From Felis catus (taxonomy: Eukaryota), in contig NC_058382.1 of NCBI RefSeq assembly GCF_018350175.1, positions 61,630,001 to 61,694,000 of the forward strand: a stretch of 64,000 bases of DNA. Reading direction: 5' to 3'. Under the pieces are notes generated by a model. The model did not search any database and was not told the DNA's origin. It saw nothing but the letters and a program-made list of their open reading frames with translations. Position 1 is the stretch's first letter. The number at the start of each line of letters is the position of its first letter. Below, piece after piece: positions 49,001 to 58,779 of the stretch. Position numbers and translations under genes: made by a program.

Positions 49001-49948
49001 ACGCTCTGGCATCCCCTGATACTTAGATCTACAAAATTAGAACCATCTACTGGTGTGTGCAGTTCTAAGGGAATGTATCTGATTGTCAGGAGGTCCGACC
49101 CCCAGAAAAAGGTGAGAGCCAGGACCTGGCCCCCAACTTCTGTCTGGAGCCCAGCCTGAGCTCACCCTTTAAATCTCAGCTCCAAGCATCAACACCTTTT
49201 TCTTGATAACGGTGAGGATGATGTCAGACCAGGCTCCAAGCATTTCCTGTGCATTTCAATCCCTTGTAACCAATCCGATGCAATTAACTCTTTAAAAAGT
49301 ATCCATTTTCCAGAGGGGGGGGGGGGAACAGGAACCTTGCCTGTGTTGGCCCCACCAGCATTGTTGCCCAGACCTTAGCCTTCCTGGGATCGGGGGATGG
49401 AGAGCCGCCTGCACTCTCCACCCACAAGGCAGGGAGGGTCATATACACGTGGAAGGTCATGCCCGCGAAGTCAGGGATGACCGATTTGAATGAGAAATAC
49501 CTGGCAAGGAGCCAGGAGCACGTTCAGACTCTAGTTCTGCTCTGAGTCTGTATCTTCTGCTTCAGTTTCCCCATCTGTGAAACAGGAATAATGGCAGCAT
49601 CTCCCACTGTGGGTTAGCTGAGTTATGTATGTGAAGGTGCTTATGATCAGGTGTGGCGTACCGTGAGCCGTTGGTAAAGGTTAGCTTTAAATGGTTTTCC
49701 TCCACCACCCTCCTGCACCCTCCAGAGCTGAGTAAGGCCTGGGCTAGAGTCACCCTCGGTGTGGCTCCGCCCCTCCCGATGCTGCTCTCACCCCACAGGC
49801 CCACAGTGACCTGCTGCGCACCTATGAGGCTAAGCTCCTGGCCTTCGGAATCCCTCTGGACAACGTGGGCTTCAAGCCTCTGGAGACGGCCGTGATTGGG
49901 CAGACGCTGGGCCAGGGTCCCGCGGGGCTCGTGGGCACCCCAACGTAG
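30926..49948 (+). CDS. GAS8: Growth arrest-specific 8 / dynein regulatory complex subunit 4, 478 aa, 11 coding exons
   Basis: join(30926-30928, 33274-33360, 36622-36819, 37784-37990, 39854-39908, 40780-40985, 41524-41691, 42154-42240, 45170-45379, 48105-48170, 49799-49948) = 1437 nt, all GT-AG, open frame [11 protein letters not shown]...[10 protein letters not shown]. Confidence 0.97.
32290..32752 (-). mobile_element. Two tandem SINEs in GAS8 intron 1
   Basis: Two antisense SINE bodies with T-rich tails. Confidence 0.85.
33274..33360 (+). CDS. GAS8: GAS8 exon 2
   Basis: [29 protein letters not shown]|gtgagc. Confidence 0.95.
33438..33660 (-). mobile_element. Young felid SINE
   Basis: TSD tttctgaacttctt at 33424-33437 and 33661-33674. 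Confidence 0.93.
34970..36346 (-). mobile_element. Cluster of four antisense SINEs in GAS8 intron 2
   Basis: SINE bodies at about 34970-35200, 35210-35380, 35680-35885 and 36120-36346. Confidence 0.85.
36622..36819 (+). CDS. GAS8: GAS8 exon 3
   Basis: [39 protein letters not shown]...HQVEIK|gtaaat. Confidence 0.97.
36960..37420 (-). mobile_element. Carnivore SINE with a nested opposite-strand felid SINE (37178-37389)
   Basis: 16-bp TSD aagagttggac(a/g)ctta at 37162-37177 and 37390-37405. Confidence 0.9.
37466..37672 (+). mobile_element. Felid SINE
   Basis: Consensus head, (CT)n, A tail. Confidence 0.88.
37784..37990 (+). CDS. GAS8: GAS8 exon 4
   Basis: [24 protein letters not shown]...VVKNLRL|gtaggt. 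Confidence 0.97.
38295..38505 (+). mobile_element. Felid SINE
   Basis: Consensus match with A tail. Confidence 0.9.
39854..39908 (+). CDS. GAS8: GAS8 exon 5
   Basis: [19 protein letters not shown]|gtcagt. Confidence 0.95.
40500..40700 (-). mobile_element. Carnivore SINE
   Basis: Antisense consensus match. Confidence 0.85.
40780..40985 (+). CDS. GAS8: GAS8 exon 6
   Basis: [22 protein letters not shown]...[10 protein letters not shown]|gtgctg. Confidence 0.97.
41524..41691 (+). CDS. GAS8: GAS8 exon 7
   Basis: [35 protein letters not shown]...RQTLV|gtgagt. Confidence 0.96.
42154..42240 (+). CDS. GAS8: GAS8 exon 8
   Basis: [29 protein letters not shown]|gtgagc. Confidence 0.96.
42865..43446 (-). 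mobile_element. Two antisense felid SINEs (42865-43086, 43216-43446)
   Basis: Consensus match; the second has TSD tgagcatctctttt. Confidence 0.9.
44249..44469 (-). mobile_element. Young felid SINE
   Basis: TSD aagacatgttttt. Confidence 0.92.
45170..45379 (+). CDS. GAS8: GAS8 exon 9
   Basis: [34 protein letters not shown]...VSRKLE|gtaggc. Confidence 0.97.
45894..45964. repeat. 31-bp tandem duplication
   Basis: ggc(t/c)gtgggcagttagga(tg/ca)gggaaatgcag, about 2.3 copies. Confidence 0.9.
46650..46872 (-). mobile_element. Carnivore SINE
   Basis: Antisense consensus match; flanking tagcattttta repeat. Confidence 0.85.
48105..48170 (+). CDS. GAS8: GAS8 exon 10
   Basis: [22 protein letters not shown]|gtatga. 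Confidence 0.96.
49799..49948 (+). CDS. GAS8: GAS8 exon 11 (terminal)
   Basis: [52 protein letters not shown]. Confidence 0.97.
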   Translation, partial: AHSDLLRTYEAKLLAFGIPLDNVGFKPLETAVIGQTLGQGPAGLVGTPT

Positions 49949-50027
49949 TGCCCGCCTGGGACTGCTCCCTGGATGACACTCCCTTTCACCAAGGACAGGA
50001 GCGGTTTGTCTATTTGTATCGTCTGCA

Positions 50028-50033
50028 AATGAA
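50028..50033 (+). terminator. Candidate non-canonical poly(A) signal (AATGAA) for GAS8
   Basis: AATGAA about 80 nt after the stop, with TGTA upstream and a GU-rich tract downstream; no AATAAA seen on + before URAH. Confidence 0.4.
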
Positions 50034-50206
50034 ATTTTTCTACATTTGCTGTGTGTCTTGTTGCCTGGCTACGTGGAGGAGAGGCACCGCCAGGGCCCGT
50101 GGTGCCCTGACCACTTCCTTCCCTGCTGCCCTCCTTCCCACCTCGGGCCAGGGCAGCACCACCCGAGCCCAGGAACGGCAGCAGCCTTGCAGATGCCAGC
50201 ACTGAC

Positions 50207-50212
50207 TTTATT
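50207..50212 (-). terminator. Poly(A) signal AATAAA for URAH
   Basis: tttatt on +, about 160 nt past the URAH stop. Confidence 0.7.
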
Positions 50213-50369
50213 GATGCCTGAGACTCAGCAGCTACTGGAATTTGGGGGGCCAGAATCTCCCACAGGGAGTGTGAACTGGTGCCCTCTGTTGAGGTGTCCC
50301 AGTGAGCTGTGGGGATGGGATTGATGCTCACAGGCCAGCAGTTGTCCAGAGGAGGCGATGGCTCAGCCA

Positions 50370-50459
50370 CTAGCTTCCTCGATACGTGGTGTAGGACCAC
50401 GGGCTCAGCAGCAGGGGCACATGGAACCTGTGGGTCTCGTTGGTGATGGTGAAAACGAC
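50370..50459 (-). CDS. URAH: URAH exon 4
   Basis: [32 protein letters not shown]. Confidence 0.96.
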   Translation of the reverse strand, partial: VVFTITNETHRFHVPLLLSPWSYTTYRGS

Positions 50460-52933
50460 CTGAGAAGCAGAGAGGGCACCGGGACAGAGTGAGGGTCCGG
50501 TGCAGCACACAGGCAGCCCGGACTGTGGACCGGGGGCAGAAGTTAAGTGGGGCTGGAGCGCCCCGAGGGCCAGATGAAGCCAGTGGAGAACTGGAAAATG
50601 GTGAGGGCTGCGGATGGGGCTGAATCCTCCCCCGGAGAAAGCCCTCGGCTTGGGGAACTTGAAGGATCCGCCCTGAACAGGGTCAGGTGAGTGCCTTTGT
50701 CCACAGGGGCTGAGTCACTTTTGGCCCTGCCCCACAGCTTTACCCAGGGACAGGGCAGGGATGGGTGTGTTGTGGTAAAATCCCCGGACACCTTTCTTCC
50801 GAGAGCTCAAAGCAGGTGAACTCACTGCTTGCCACCGCCCAGGGAGAGGTGGGACCAGCCTGCCCACTGCAGGAATCTTGGTGAATCACAGGCCTCCACC
50901 CCTCTGGCCCTCACCTCCACATACGGGTAGAAGCTCTCCTGCCCCCTCTTCTTCCAGTAGCCCTCAGTGTCAAAGGACAGCTTGTAGGTGCCTGCCTTCA
51001 TCGGGCCTGGTGGCAGGAGCCCCGGGCAGCGGCCATCCGAGTCGGTGTAGCTGGGGAGAGTGGAGTCGGAGGGAGTGAGGAGTCACCCCTGCCTGGCTCT
51101 CCAGGGTCGGTCGGCCCATGGCCTCAGACGCCTCCACAACCTGAGTCACCGGGAAGGCCCTGCAGCAGGCCACGTTCTAGGGCCTGGGGTCTGGAGCAGC
51201 TCGGGGACACCACTGCAGTGTCTTTTTAGGGAACTCCAGTACGGAGAAGCAGAAAAGGAAAAAAAAAAATCTATTCCATGAGCAACAATCCCTTTATACT
51301 GGCATATATTTTTCTAGATTTTCTCTATGCATAACTATGCTTATTCATAAACTTGGAAAAATACTCTAAAATGGATTGTTCTATTCATACTGTTTGACAG
51401 CTTGCCCTTTTCATTTAATATATTGTGTGTGGCTTTCTGGATCAGTAACTGTCCCCAAACCCCCATCCTCATGGTGGCCTGTTTCCAGCTGTACCGAGTG
51501 TCTGAATGGAGGGTCCTGAGGGCCTGGCGCTTTGCTCACTGATTAGCGCCCAGTCACGTCTGGAAAGTTCTCCCATCGTTCCTGCCACCTGTGCTTTCAA
51601 GTTTCTGTGCTGCGACTGGAAGGAGCAGCATGTACCCACACAGTTTATGGGGGAGAAGTTGGGAATGGGTCTCTAGGACCCTGCGGGGGACTCCATATAT
51701 TCATTCCTTCAAGAACCTGGAACCCCAGCCTCTGCGAAGGGGCAAGGGGTGAGCTCTCTGTCCTCAGGCCCTGAACCCTTGGGGCCCAGCCGTCCACTCC
51801 CACCACCAGAGGGAACCTGCCTCCTTCAGGAGACTCACAGGGCGGCCCCAGCGCTACAAGGCAGGGCCTGGGCTGGGCCTAATCCAGCGCAGCCTGGGGC
51901 AAGGGGCCAGGGCCTGCCGAGCCGCCCACCTTTTGCTTGCCTCTCGCTGCCTTAGTCTCCGCGACTATAAAAGGGGTAATTATGGAGCCTGGCCACAGGC
52001 TGTAGTGAGAATAAGAACACAAGAAAAGTGTTCAGTGCACTGCCTGGCACAAGGTTACCTGTTAATCACGGGGACAGTGAGGCGTTCAGATGACACTTCA
52101 GGCCTCAGCCAACCCTGCCCTCAGGGAGAGGCAAGCCCTGGCTCCCGCCCAGTAGGCACTGGGGCTGTGAGGCCGCACCAGTGTGTTCTTTGGACCCAAG
52201 GCTGAGGGGACCATAGCACGGTGGTCAGCACTGCCATCCAGCCCACAATTCCTGGCTATCTGGACTCTCTGTGACCCTCAAGCCTACCTTTTTCTCAGCT
52301 CCGTCCACTGCTGGCCATGGTCCTCGAGCCTGGACAGACGGAGGCAGAGGCCCTGGGCTGGGAGCCCTGAGGCCGTGTCCAGCACATGCGTGGTCAGCGG
52401 GCTGCTGACCAGCTCCATGCCTCTGCCCTGAACCACGAGAGAGGGACAGGGATGAGCGTGTGGGGCCCAGCCCTGTGCCCGCACTGGCGTAGAGACCGCA
52501 GCCCTCGGAGTAAACAGCCCCAGAGGACAGAGTCCCCAGCTGCCCCTGGACCCTGGAGGGGGCGGGGTTGGGCTGGAGTCGCTGAGTCAGCCGCGTGAGG
52601 CTGTGGGGCTAACACACTGAAAAACGCTTCATAAACAATGCTGGTCTGACCCCCATTCCCCCACACTAGACCCTACTAGGGCCCCCTCCCCTCCGCCCAG
52701 CCACTGAAGGGCATCTCACACACGGGCTTCCTTCTCCAGCCAGTCAGTGCGGGCAGGGGTTGGCCAGACCCCATCTCCTCGTTCTCCCAGAGCCCCTGGC
52801 TCATGCGCCACCTCGGACCATAGCCCCCAGGCCGCGACGAGCCAGGAACCCAGCGTCCGGACCCGCCCCCTACCTCCGAGGAGCCCAGGTGTCGCTGGAG
52901 CGCCCGCAGTCGCGGAGCGGCCCCCGAACTCAT
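50370..52933 (-). CDS. URAH: 5-hydroxyisourate hydrolase (transthyretin-related), 141 aa, join(52874-52933, 52288-52427, 50915-51050, 50370-50459)
   Basis: 60+140+136+90 = 426 nt, GT-AG, open frame; [47 protein letters not shown]...DGRCPGLL...[12 protein letters not shown]...[19 protein letters not shown]-terminal YRGS signature and catalytic His/Arg/His intact. Confidence 0.96.
50915..51050 (-). CDS. URAH: URAH exon 3
   Basis: [46 protein letters not shown]|gtgagg. Confidence 0.96.
52288..52427 (-). CDS. URAH: URAH exon 2
   Basis: gttcag|[21 protein letters not shown]...WTELRK AG|gtaggc. Confidence 0.95.
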
Positions 52934-53420
52934 GCCGGAGCCGCCCACGTCCACCACCCCTAGAACGGTGGTCCTGGGACGCAGGTACCTGCCCGAGTCC
53001 GCCCCTGCCCTCACCCTGGCCCCTCCCAGGACCCGAGGGCCACGTGTCGGGCCAAACCCAGGTGGGGGGCGCGGCGCGGTGGCGGGGAGGGCGGCTACAC
53101 CTCGGTGTCCACCAGGGGTGTCCGAGGGGGCTTCGCTGCGGAGCTCTGGCGTGGTGACGGGGGCGCACAGACCTGCGGGGGCCGCGGAGGCTCCTCCCAG
53201 GGCCGGAAGTGAAGTTGAGGGCACCGGCGGGAGGTGGGGTTTGGGGCGGGGCGGGGCGGGGGGCGCGGGGGCGGAGGGGGGAGGGGCGTCCGTTCCGGGT
53301 CTGTTGCGCTGCAGGCGGGGCGGGGGCGGGACGAGTAGGTCCAGCGGAGATCAGCGTGGGCCGCGAGCTGCCCTGACTGCCCTGACTGCCCTGAGAGACC
53401 ACGTGACGGTGCCTCAGTTT
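52750..53420. promoter_or_regulatory. CpG island / URAH promoter
   Basis: CpG-rich, tandem GGGGCGGGG boxes (53243-53262), ETS-type CCGGAAGT (53203-53210). Confidence 0.8.
52874..52933 (-). CDS. URAH: URAH exon 1 (PTS2 peptide)
   Basis: [20 protein letters not shown]|gtaggg; RLxxxxxHL. Confidence 0.88.
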
Positions 53421-53902
53421 CCTGTCCGGTTCTGTAAAACCCTCGGCAGTAACTCCCAAGGCTGAGATGAGGCGAAGCTGTCTACCTACCTCTCTCCCCT
53501 TACGCCCCTGTGGCCCCCCCACCTCTAGGGAGGCTCTGCACACTGACAGCTTAGGGCCTGGGAGAGAGGAGCAAGTGACAGAACTGAGCGGACGGGAACC
53601 AGTCCATCGCCATATTGAAGTTCTTGCACATAAAATATTTTATGTAACATAAGTAAGGGCACTCTATAGTTAACATCTGGAAAGGTCTACACCACCATGT
53701 TGGTTGACTGGTTGTGTTGCTCTAGGTAGGGAACCTTTTTCTTGCTGTCAAAGGGCATTTTCCAACTACTGGATGGTGAGCACGAACTGTGTGTAGGTTA
53801 AGAATCACACCCCTCCAAGTCAGGGAAGGAGACCCTCCTAGCAAAGGCTGGGAGTGTGCTGGTTACACCTACTTTGGAGTTAATTAAGAGATCTCTATTT
53901 GC

Positions 53903-54150
53903 GGGGCTCCTGGGTGGCTCAGTCGGTGGAGCCTCGGACTTTGGCTCAGGTCATGATCTCGCGGTTTGTGAGTTTGAGCCCCGAGTCGGGCTCTGTGCTG
54001 ACGGCTCAGAGCTTGGAGCCGGCTTCGGATTCTGTGTCTCCCTCTCTCTCTGCTCCTCCCCTGCTCACGCTCTGTCTCTCTGTCTCTCTCTGTCTCTCTC
54101 TCTCTCTCTCAAAAAGAAATAAACTTAAAATCTTTTTAAATAAAAAAAAT
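53903..54150 (+). mobile_element. Felid SINE
   Basis: Consensus match with A tail. Confidence 0.9.
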
Positions 54151-55713
54151 ATCTATTTGAGATTTAAACACACATGACGTTTGGCTGGGATTATGTTTAC
54201 AGGAGATAACCCCAAAGAGAGGCTCACACCTGTTTTTGCCAACTCCCGTGGGTACGAGGGATGAGAAACAACCAGATGTCTCCACTGGGGACAATTAAAT
54301 AAATGAGCTCTGTTAACAGACCGGCATGCTCTGCAGCCCATTAAAGAGAATGAGGTCCACTTGCGTGTAACAGTGTCCTGGAGTAGTGACTAGCCGCAAG
54401 GCATGACACAGGGTGTAAACAGGGGGAGGCGTCTATAGCTTTCTGCTCTGAATGTGTGTATAGCTTCAGCTACATTAAAAGCTTTGCTCACTTAATCCTC
54501 ACGGCCACCTCATGACGTAAGTATTATTAACCCCATTTTACAGAGGAGGCACAGAGAGGCCAAGACCTGGAATACTTTCTAGTATGCTACCAGCAGACTT
54601 ACACCAGCGGCCACTCTGGGACAAGCAATTGTGGATGGGGTTACTTATTTTTGCTCTTTAACCTTTCTTTGAACTCTTAGATTTTTTATTTTTGTACTCT
54701 TAGAATCGCTAAGTCGTCTCAACTGCCATAAGTAAACTGACAAGAACAACAATGAAACCTTTGTGGGGGTGTGCCCTGTAACTCCCTTTCTAGAGACCTG
54801 ACACTCTTTGCCCCAAGAGAGAACTTAGTGACCCGGAGAGAAGGTGGGGGGAAGGGAGTTGTCGCAGTTCCTTCCAGGGCCCCTCCGGGGCCCGTTCCCC
54901 ATCCTGCCTCCACCCAGACGGGAACTTCAGTGTCTAGGGCCCCTGCCCCTTTCACAAGTCACTTGAGACCCTCAGCCCCTGCCTGGCATCCTGGCAGCCA
55001 GCCCTCTCTGAGAACCAAGATTATCATGGGGACATTGCATACTGGGAACTTCCCTAGTGAGAAGATGACAAGGTCCCTTATGGCACCTCTAGGCAAATTA
55101 GAATAAGGTGCTTCATCTTCAAGGTCCTCATCTACCAGAAAATTGTCATAGTAAATGTTTAAATGGCTCATCTGTGGATTCAAAGTTATAACATTTGAAA
55201 ACACTTAAAAATGATAACACTTGCAGTGTGAGGTATATATGTATCAGGTCAGTGCACGGTCTGATTGGCTGTGCACGGTGCCTTGCCGATTCTGGTAACA
55301 GTGCTGGATACTCACCTGGGAGCTCATCTTGACAACCCATGGGGACCCTAGAAAGGCAAGCGTTTGGCGAAAGGCTCTGGTGGCCCATACTTACAGCCTC
55401 AGGCTCTCGTCCCCGCCGGCAGATGGAAAGGCACTGTGAGTCTGCCACTGGACAGTCTGTGTGAGAGAAAGTGAGGAGAAGGTCCTCATGGCTGGAGGTT
55501 GCCCTAAGGGGGAATGAGACAGAGGAGATCAGACCCTACAATTGTGAGCTGCTACAGTTCCTCCAACTTAAACACCGTCCCATGAGGTCTGCTGTCCCCC
55601 CCGGGGCCCCTCCCCATAGTCCTATCTCTCACTGGGTGACTGAGCCAGCCTGAAAAGGGGCTGCTTGATCTTACCGTTTATCTCCTCTCTAATCTAACTC
55701 TAAACGCAGCTTC

Positions 55714-55931
55714 GGGGCGCCTGGGTGGCTCAGTCGGTTGAGCGTCCGACTTCGGCTCAGGTCATGATCTCGCAGCCTGTGAGTTCGAGCCCCGCATCGG
55801 GCTCTGTGCTGATGGCTCAGAGCCTGGAGCCTGCTTCGGATTCTGCGTCTCCCTCTCTCTCTGACGCTCCCCCGCTCATGCTCTGTCTCTGTCTCTCTGT
55901 CAAAAATAAATAAAACGTTAAAAAAAAAATT
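55714..55931 (+). mobile_element. Young felid SINE within a cadherin-like intron
   Basis: TSD taaacgcagcttc at 55701-55713 and 55932-55944. Confidence 0.93.
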
Positions 55932-56049
55932 TAAACGCAGCTTCTGCACAGCGCCCTGAGTACTCACTGGGCCCTTAGCACCACCATTTATGGGTACGGT
56001 TTGCCAGGTGCTGGTGGCCACAGGCAACATGACCTGAGCAGGGTCTTAT

Positions 56050-56260
56050 GAGAGTGTGTGTGTGAGTGTGACAATTCGTGTGAATGTGTATGATGTGTGC
56101 GTGTGCACGTATGAGCTTGTGAGTCTGCATGGATGTTAGTCTGTGGGAGTGTGCATGAGTGACTGTTTTAATGTGATCTATGTGAATGTGAGTGTGCACA
56201 TGTGAATGTGCAAATGGGTATTTGTTGAAGGTGTGTGTGACATGGGCCTGTATGTGTGCA
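56050..56260. repeat. Degenerate (TG)n-rich low-complexity tract
   Basis: Alternating purine-pyrimidine tgtgtg/gtgca units. Confidence 0.8.
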
Positions 56261-56651
56261 CTTTGTCCCTTAGGGTGTCTGGAGGCAGATCCTGCACTCT
56301 CTTCCCAGCGCGGGTGGTGCTGTGCCCACGGTCACCTTTGCTGTAACACAGCAGCCAGGCTGGACCCCCTGAGTGATTTTGCTCGGAAGCCTGGACAGCC
56401 TGGCTCAAGCCCGTCCTTGCCCCCTGGGATGCTGGGAGGATCGTTTTCACTCCTCAATCCTGTGTTTTCATCGCAATGTCAATCCTGTGTTTTCAGTAAA
56501 ACAGGTAAGAGAACACAGTCCCTCCTCGTCAGCTTCTGGGAAAGATGTGTTGAGATAATGTACGCAAGCTCAGCCGCAACGTGGAGCTGGGCATCAGAGC
56601 ATCACATCGACAGAGGGGTGTCGCCCAAAGATGAAACATCCAAGCCCCCGC

Positions 56652-56788
56652 CGTTGTCTACAGCTATGACAACAGCCGAAAATGTGTGGTTCTCCACGCT
56701 GTCCTCGTGCAGACTGGCTCGAGTGGAAATGACGCCTGTTTCTGAGTTGATGTCCAGCTGATGGCTGGGGTCGTGCCCTATCTGGTAC
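56652..56788 (-). CDS. Cadherin-1-like exon (EC4), open frame, donor reads GC
   Basis: tttcag|G TAC CAG ATA...GAC AAC G|gcgggg; LDRE replaced by LHED. Confidence 0.65.
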
Positions 56789-56990
56789 CTGAAAGGGATA
56801 AACCCTCGTTCTTACAGGGCTGGGGCCATGTGTCCCCCAACCACCCTCCCGGGGCATAATGAGCTACTGGGGGCTGACAAATTTAAGTATTTCCTCCGGC
56901 CAGCTCTCCAGGCACGTGGCTGGGTCTCAGCCCTGGGTGCCTTGAGCAGGTCCGAACGGCAGCAAGGCCAAGCCACACCTCCAGTCCTAC

Positions 56991-57232
56991 CTGATTTCCT
57001 GAGAGCGGAAGCTGTCTGGGTCCTGGGCCCTGTGGGATGTGATCTCCTGGCCCACACTGGTGTCCTTGGGCATTTCCACCATCTGTATCAGGGGTACAAA
57101 GACAGGGGCCTCATTCACGTCCAACACGTCCACGGTGACCGTGGCCGTAGAGGTGAAGAGAGATGCCAAGGGCACTGCATCCACCACTGTCACGTAAAGG
57201 ACGTACTGCTGCGTGGTCTCAAAATCCAAGCC
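56991..57232 (-). CDS. Cadherin-1-like exon (EC3/EC4), open frame
   Basis: cctcag|GGC TTG GAT TTT GAG...GAA ATC AG|gtagga; LDFE, DVNEAP and AQDPD calcium-binding motifs present. Confidence 0.75.
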
Positions 57233-57389
57233 CTGAGGAACATAGCAGAGGGCGGTCAGGGGACTCAGGCACATAGCTTTCCAGGACTCGGCACAGGAGG
57301 CCTCCCTTTTGCTGGCCTGCAAGAACGCTCAGGCCCTGGCTTGCTACCCTCTGCCTGTCTTGAGGGAAGGCCACAGCTTGGTATGGCGG

Positions 57390-57815
57390 GCTGTGTTCCA
57401 AAGATGGCCACAGAACATCACCATTCGCACGTGCTTTCCTGAGCGCATCACCCAGAAGCGGGGCCCACGTCCCCTTCCCGTGAACCCCAGCAGGCTTCCA
57501 CCGTGGTTTCTCCTACTGCAGGTTGCCAGTGTCATGCATCCTGACTTCAAGGCTTTGTCACCCAAGATGAGGCACCCCGCCCTTGCTCACTGGAGCGTGA
57601 AGTCAGAGAGCCCTGAGGTCACCATGCTATGAGGAAGCTCATTTGAGCCCCCGGCCTCCAGTCCTGGTCACCTCCAGTCCTGGCCACAACTGTGGGAGAG
57701 ACCCTGACTCAGAATCACTGAGTCTTTCCTGAATTCCTGACCCATGGAGGTAAAAAACTGTTCCATTTTTTAAGCCACTGAGTTGTGTGTGGGGTGATTT
57801 GTTATGTAGCAATAG
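57390..57815 (+). mobile_element. MLT1-like LTR remnant
   Basis: Ends ...ttttaagccactgagttgtgtgtggggtgatttgttatgtagcaatag, typical of an MLT1 3' end. Confidence 0.6.
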
Positions 57816-58779
57816 CGGCTGGTATAAGGAGCAACCAGAAAGCTCCCGTTTCTGAGCTTTGTAGGCCAGTTCTCGTCTCAAAGAACTGTGGTAGAGGTTT
57901 CATATCATCATGCACCCCTGGACTAGTCCTGAGCCGGAACTCCCTGACGGCCACGTGTGCCCAGTGCACTGGGGTAGAAGGCCCAGCCCCTGCCTCAGCA
58001 TGGACATCATCCCAACCACGAATCTCAGAATTCCCTCTGGCCGAGGCTGGCCTGACCCGAGACCCATTGGCAGGGCAGAAGCGGCCATGACAGGGAGTGC
58101 TCTGTGCTGAGCTGGCGCTTGGATACTTCGCACTTAACATAGCAGTGAAGAGGGGGACTGTGGTGAGGGTTTTGGCTTTGCCGCTTACTGTGCAGCCCAA
58201 GCAGGTGACCTCACTGCTCTGTACCTCATTTTCCCCATCGTCACCTGTCCATAATTGCAGCACTTCCCTGCTGGAGTGAATACTGAGTGTGTTAGTACAT
58301 AAACAGCCCGTGGCACTTCTTGGGACCCTGTGTTAGCTCTCTGTTTTATTATCCTGCACAGGGACAACATGGGTGGTGGGCCCTGAGCAGAATTATCTGA
58401 AAGAGTCCCCAGATGGTTGGGCCAGGAGTCAGCTGGGATTGGGTCCTCCTGGCTTAGGCCTCGGCACCACCCGCAAGGCATGTGGTTATTCCCAAGGGGT
58501 CGATTTGCCGCCTGCTGGCACAATACTCCGGTTTCATGCAGGTCGACAAATGTTCCGGGGCACGTCCTTGGTGGAGTTCTTGATTTTTAGCCCTTCTGTC
58601 CCCCAGCCTTGTCTAGATGCTGCCTTTGGCCTTGTCCATGTTTATTCTAGGTGTCCTGGCATTCTGGCACAAGGAGCAGTAAGTGACTCCTCCCCCCCCC
58701 CCCCCAGTCACTCCTCAGCCAAGCACAAGTTCCTGAGATTGTCCTTGTCCCCCATGACTCCTTATATTCCCTCTTGGTT

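Larger units (their letters stand above)
54963..57232 (-). pseudogene. CDH1 (E-cadherin)-like paralog, homologs of CDH1 exons 10-13; probably a pseudogene or truncated gene
   Basis: 56991-57232 [17 protein letters not shown]...[19 protein letters not shown]...VGQEITS; 56652-56788 YQIGHDPSHQLDINSETGVISTRASL...VIAVDNG; 55316-55503 decayed and frameshifted exon-12-like; 54963-55203 weak exon-13-like (VITLNPQM...NVPMIILVL). Splice phases match CDH1. Confidence 0.8.

Noticed and set aside
52676..53543. 182-aa and 275-aa ORFs
   Set aside because: CpG-island artefacts apart from the 60-nt URAH exon 1
55100..55165. NIYYDNFLVDEDLED as the cadherin cytoplasmic p120-binding motif
   Set aside because: Lacks EEGGGEED; position and phase fit a decayed exon-13 (EC5) homolog better
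5780..55931. tRNA genes suggested by A/B-box-like heads, and recurrent [16 protein letters not shown]s
   Set aside because: All belong to tRNA-derived carnivore SINEs
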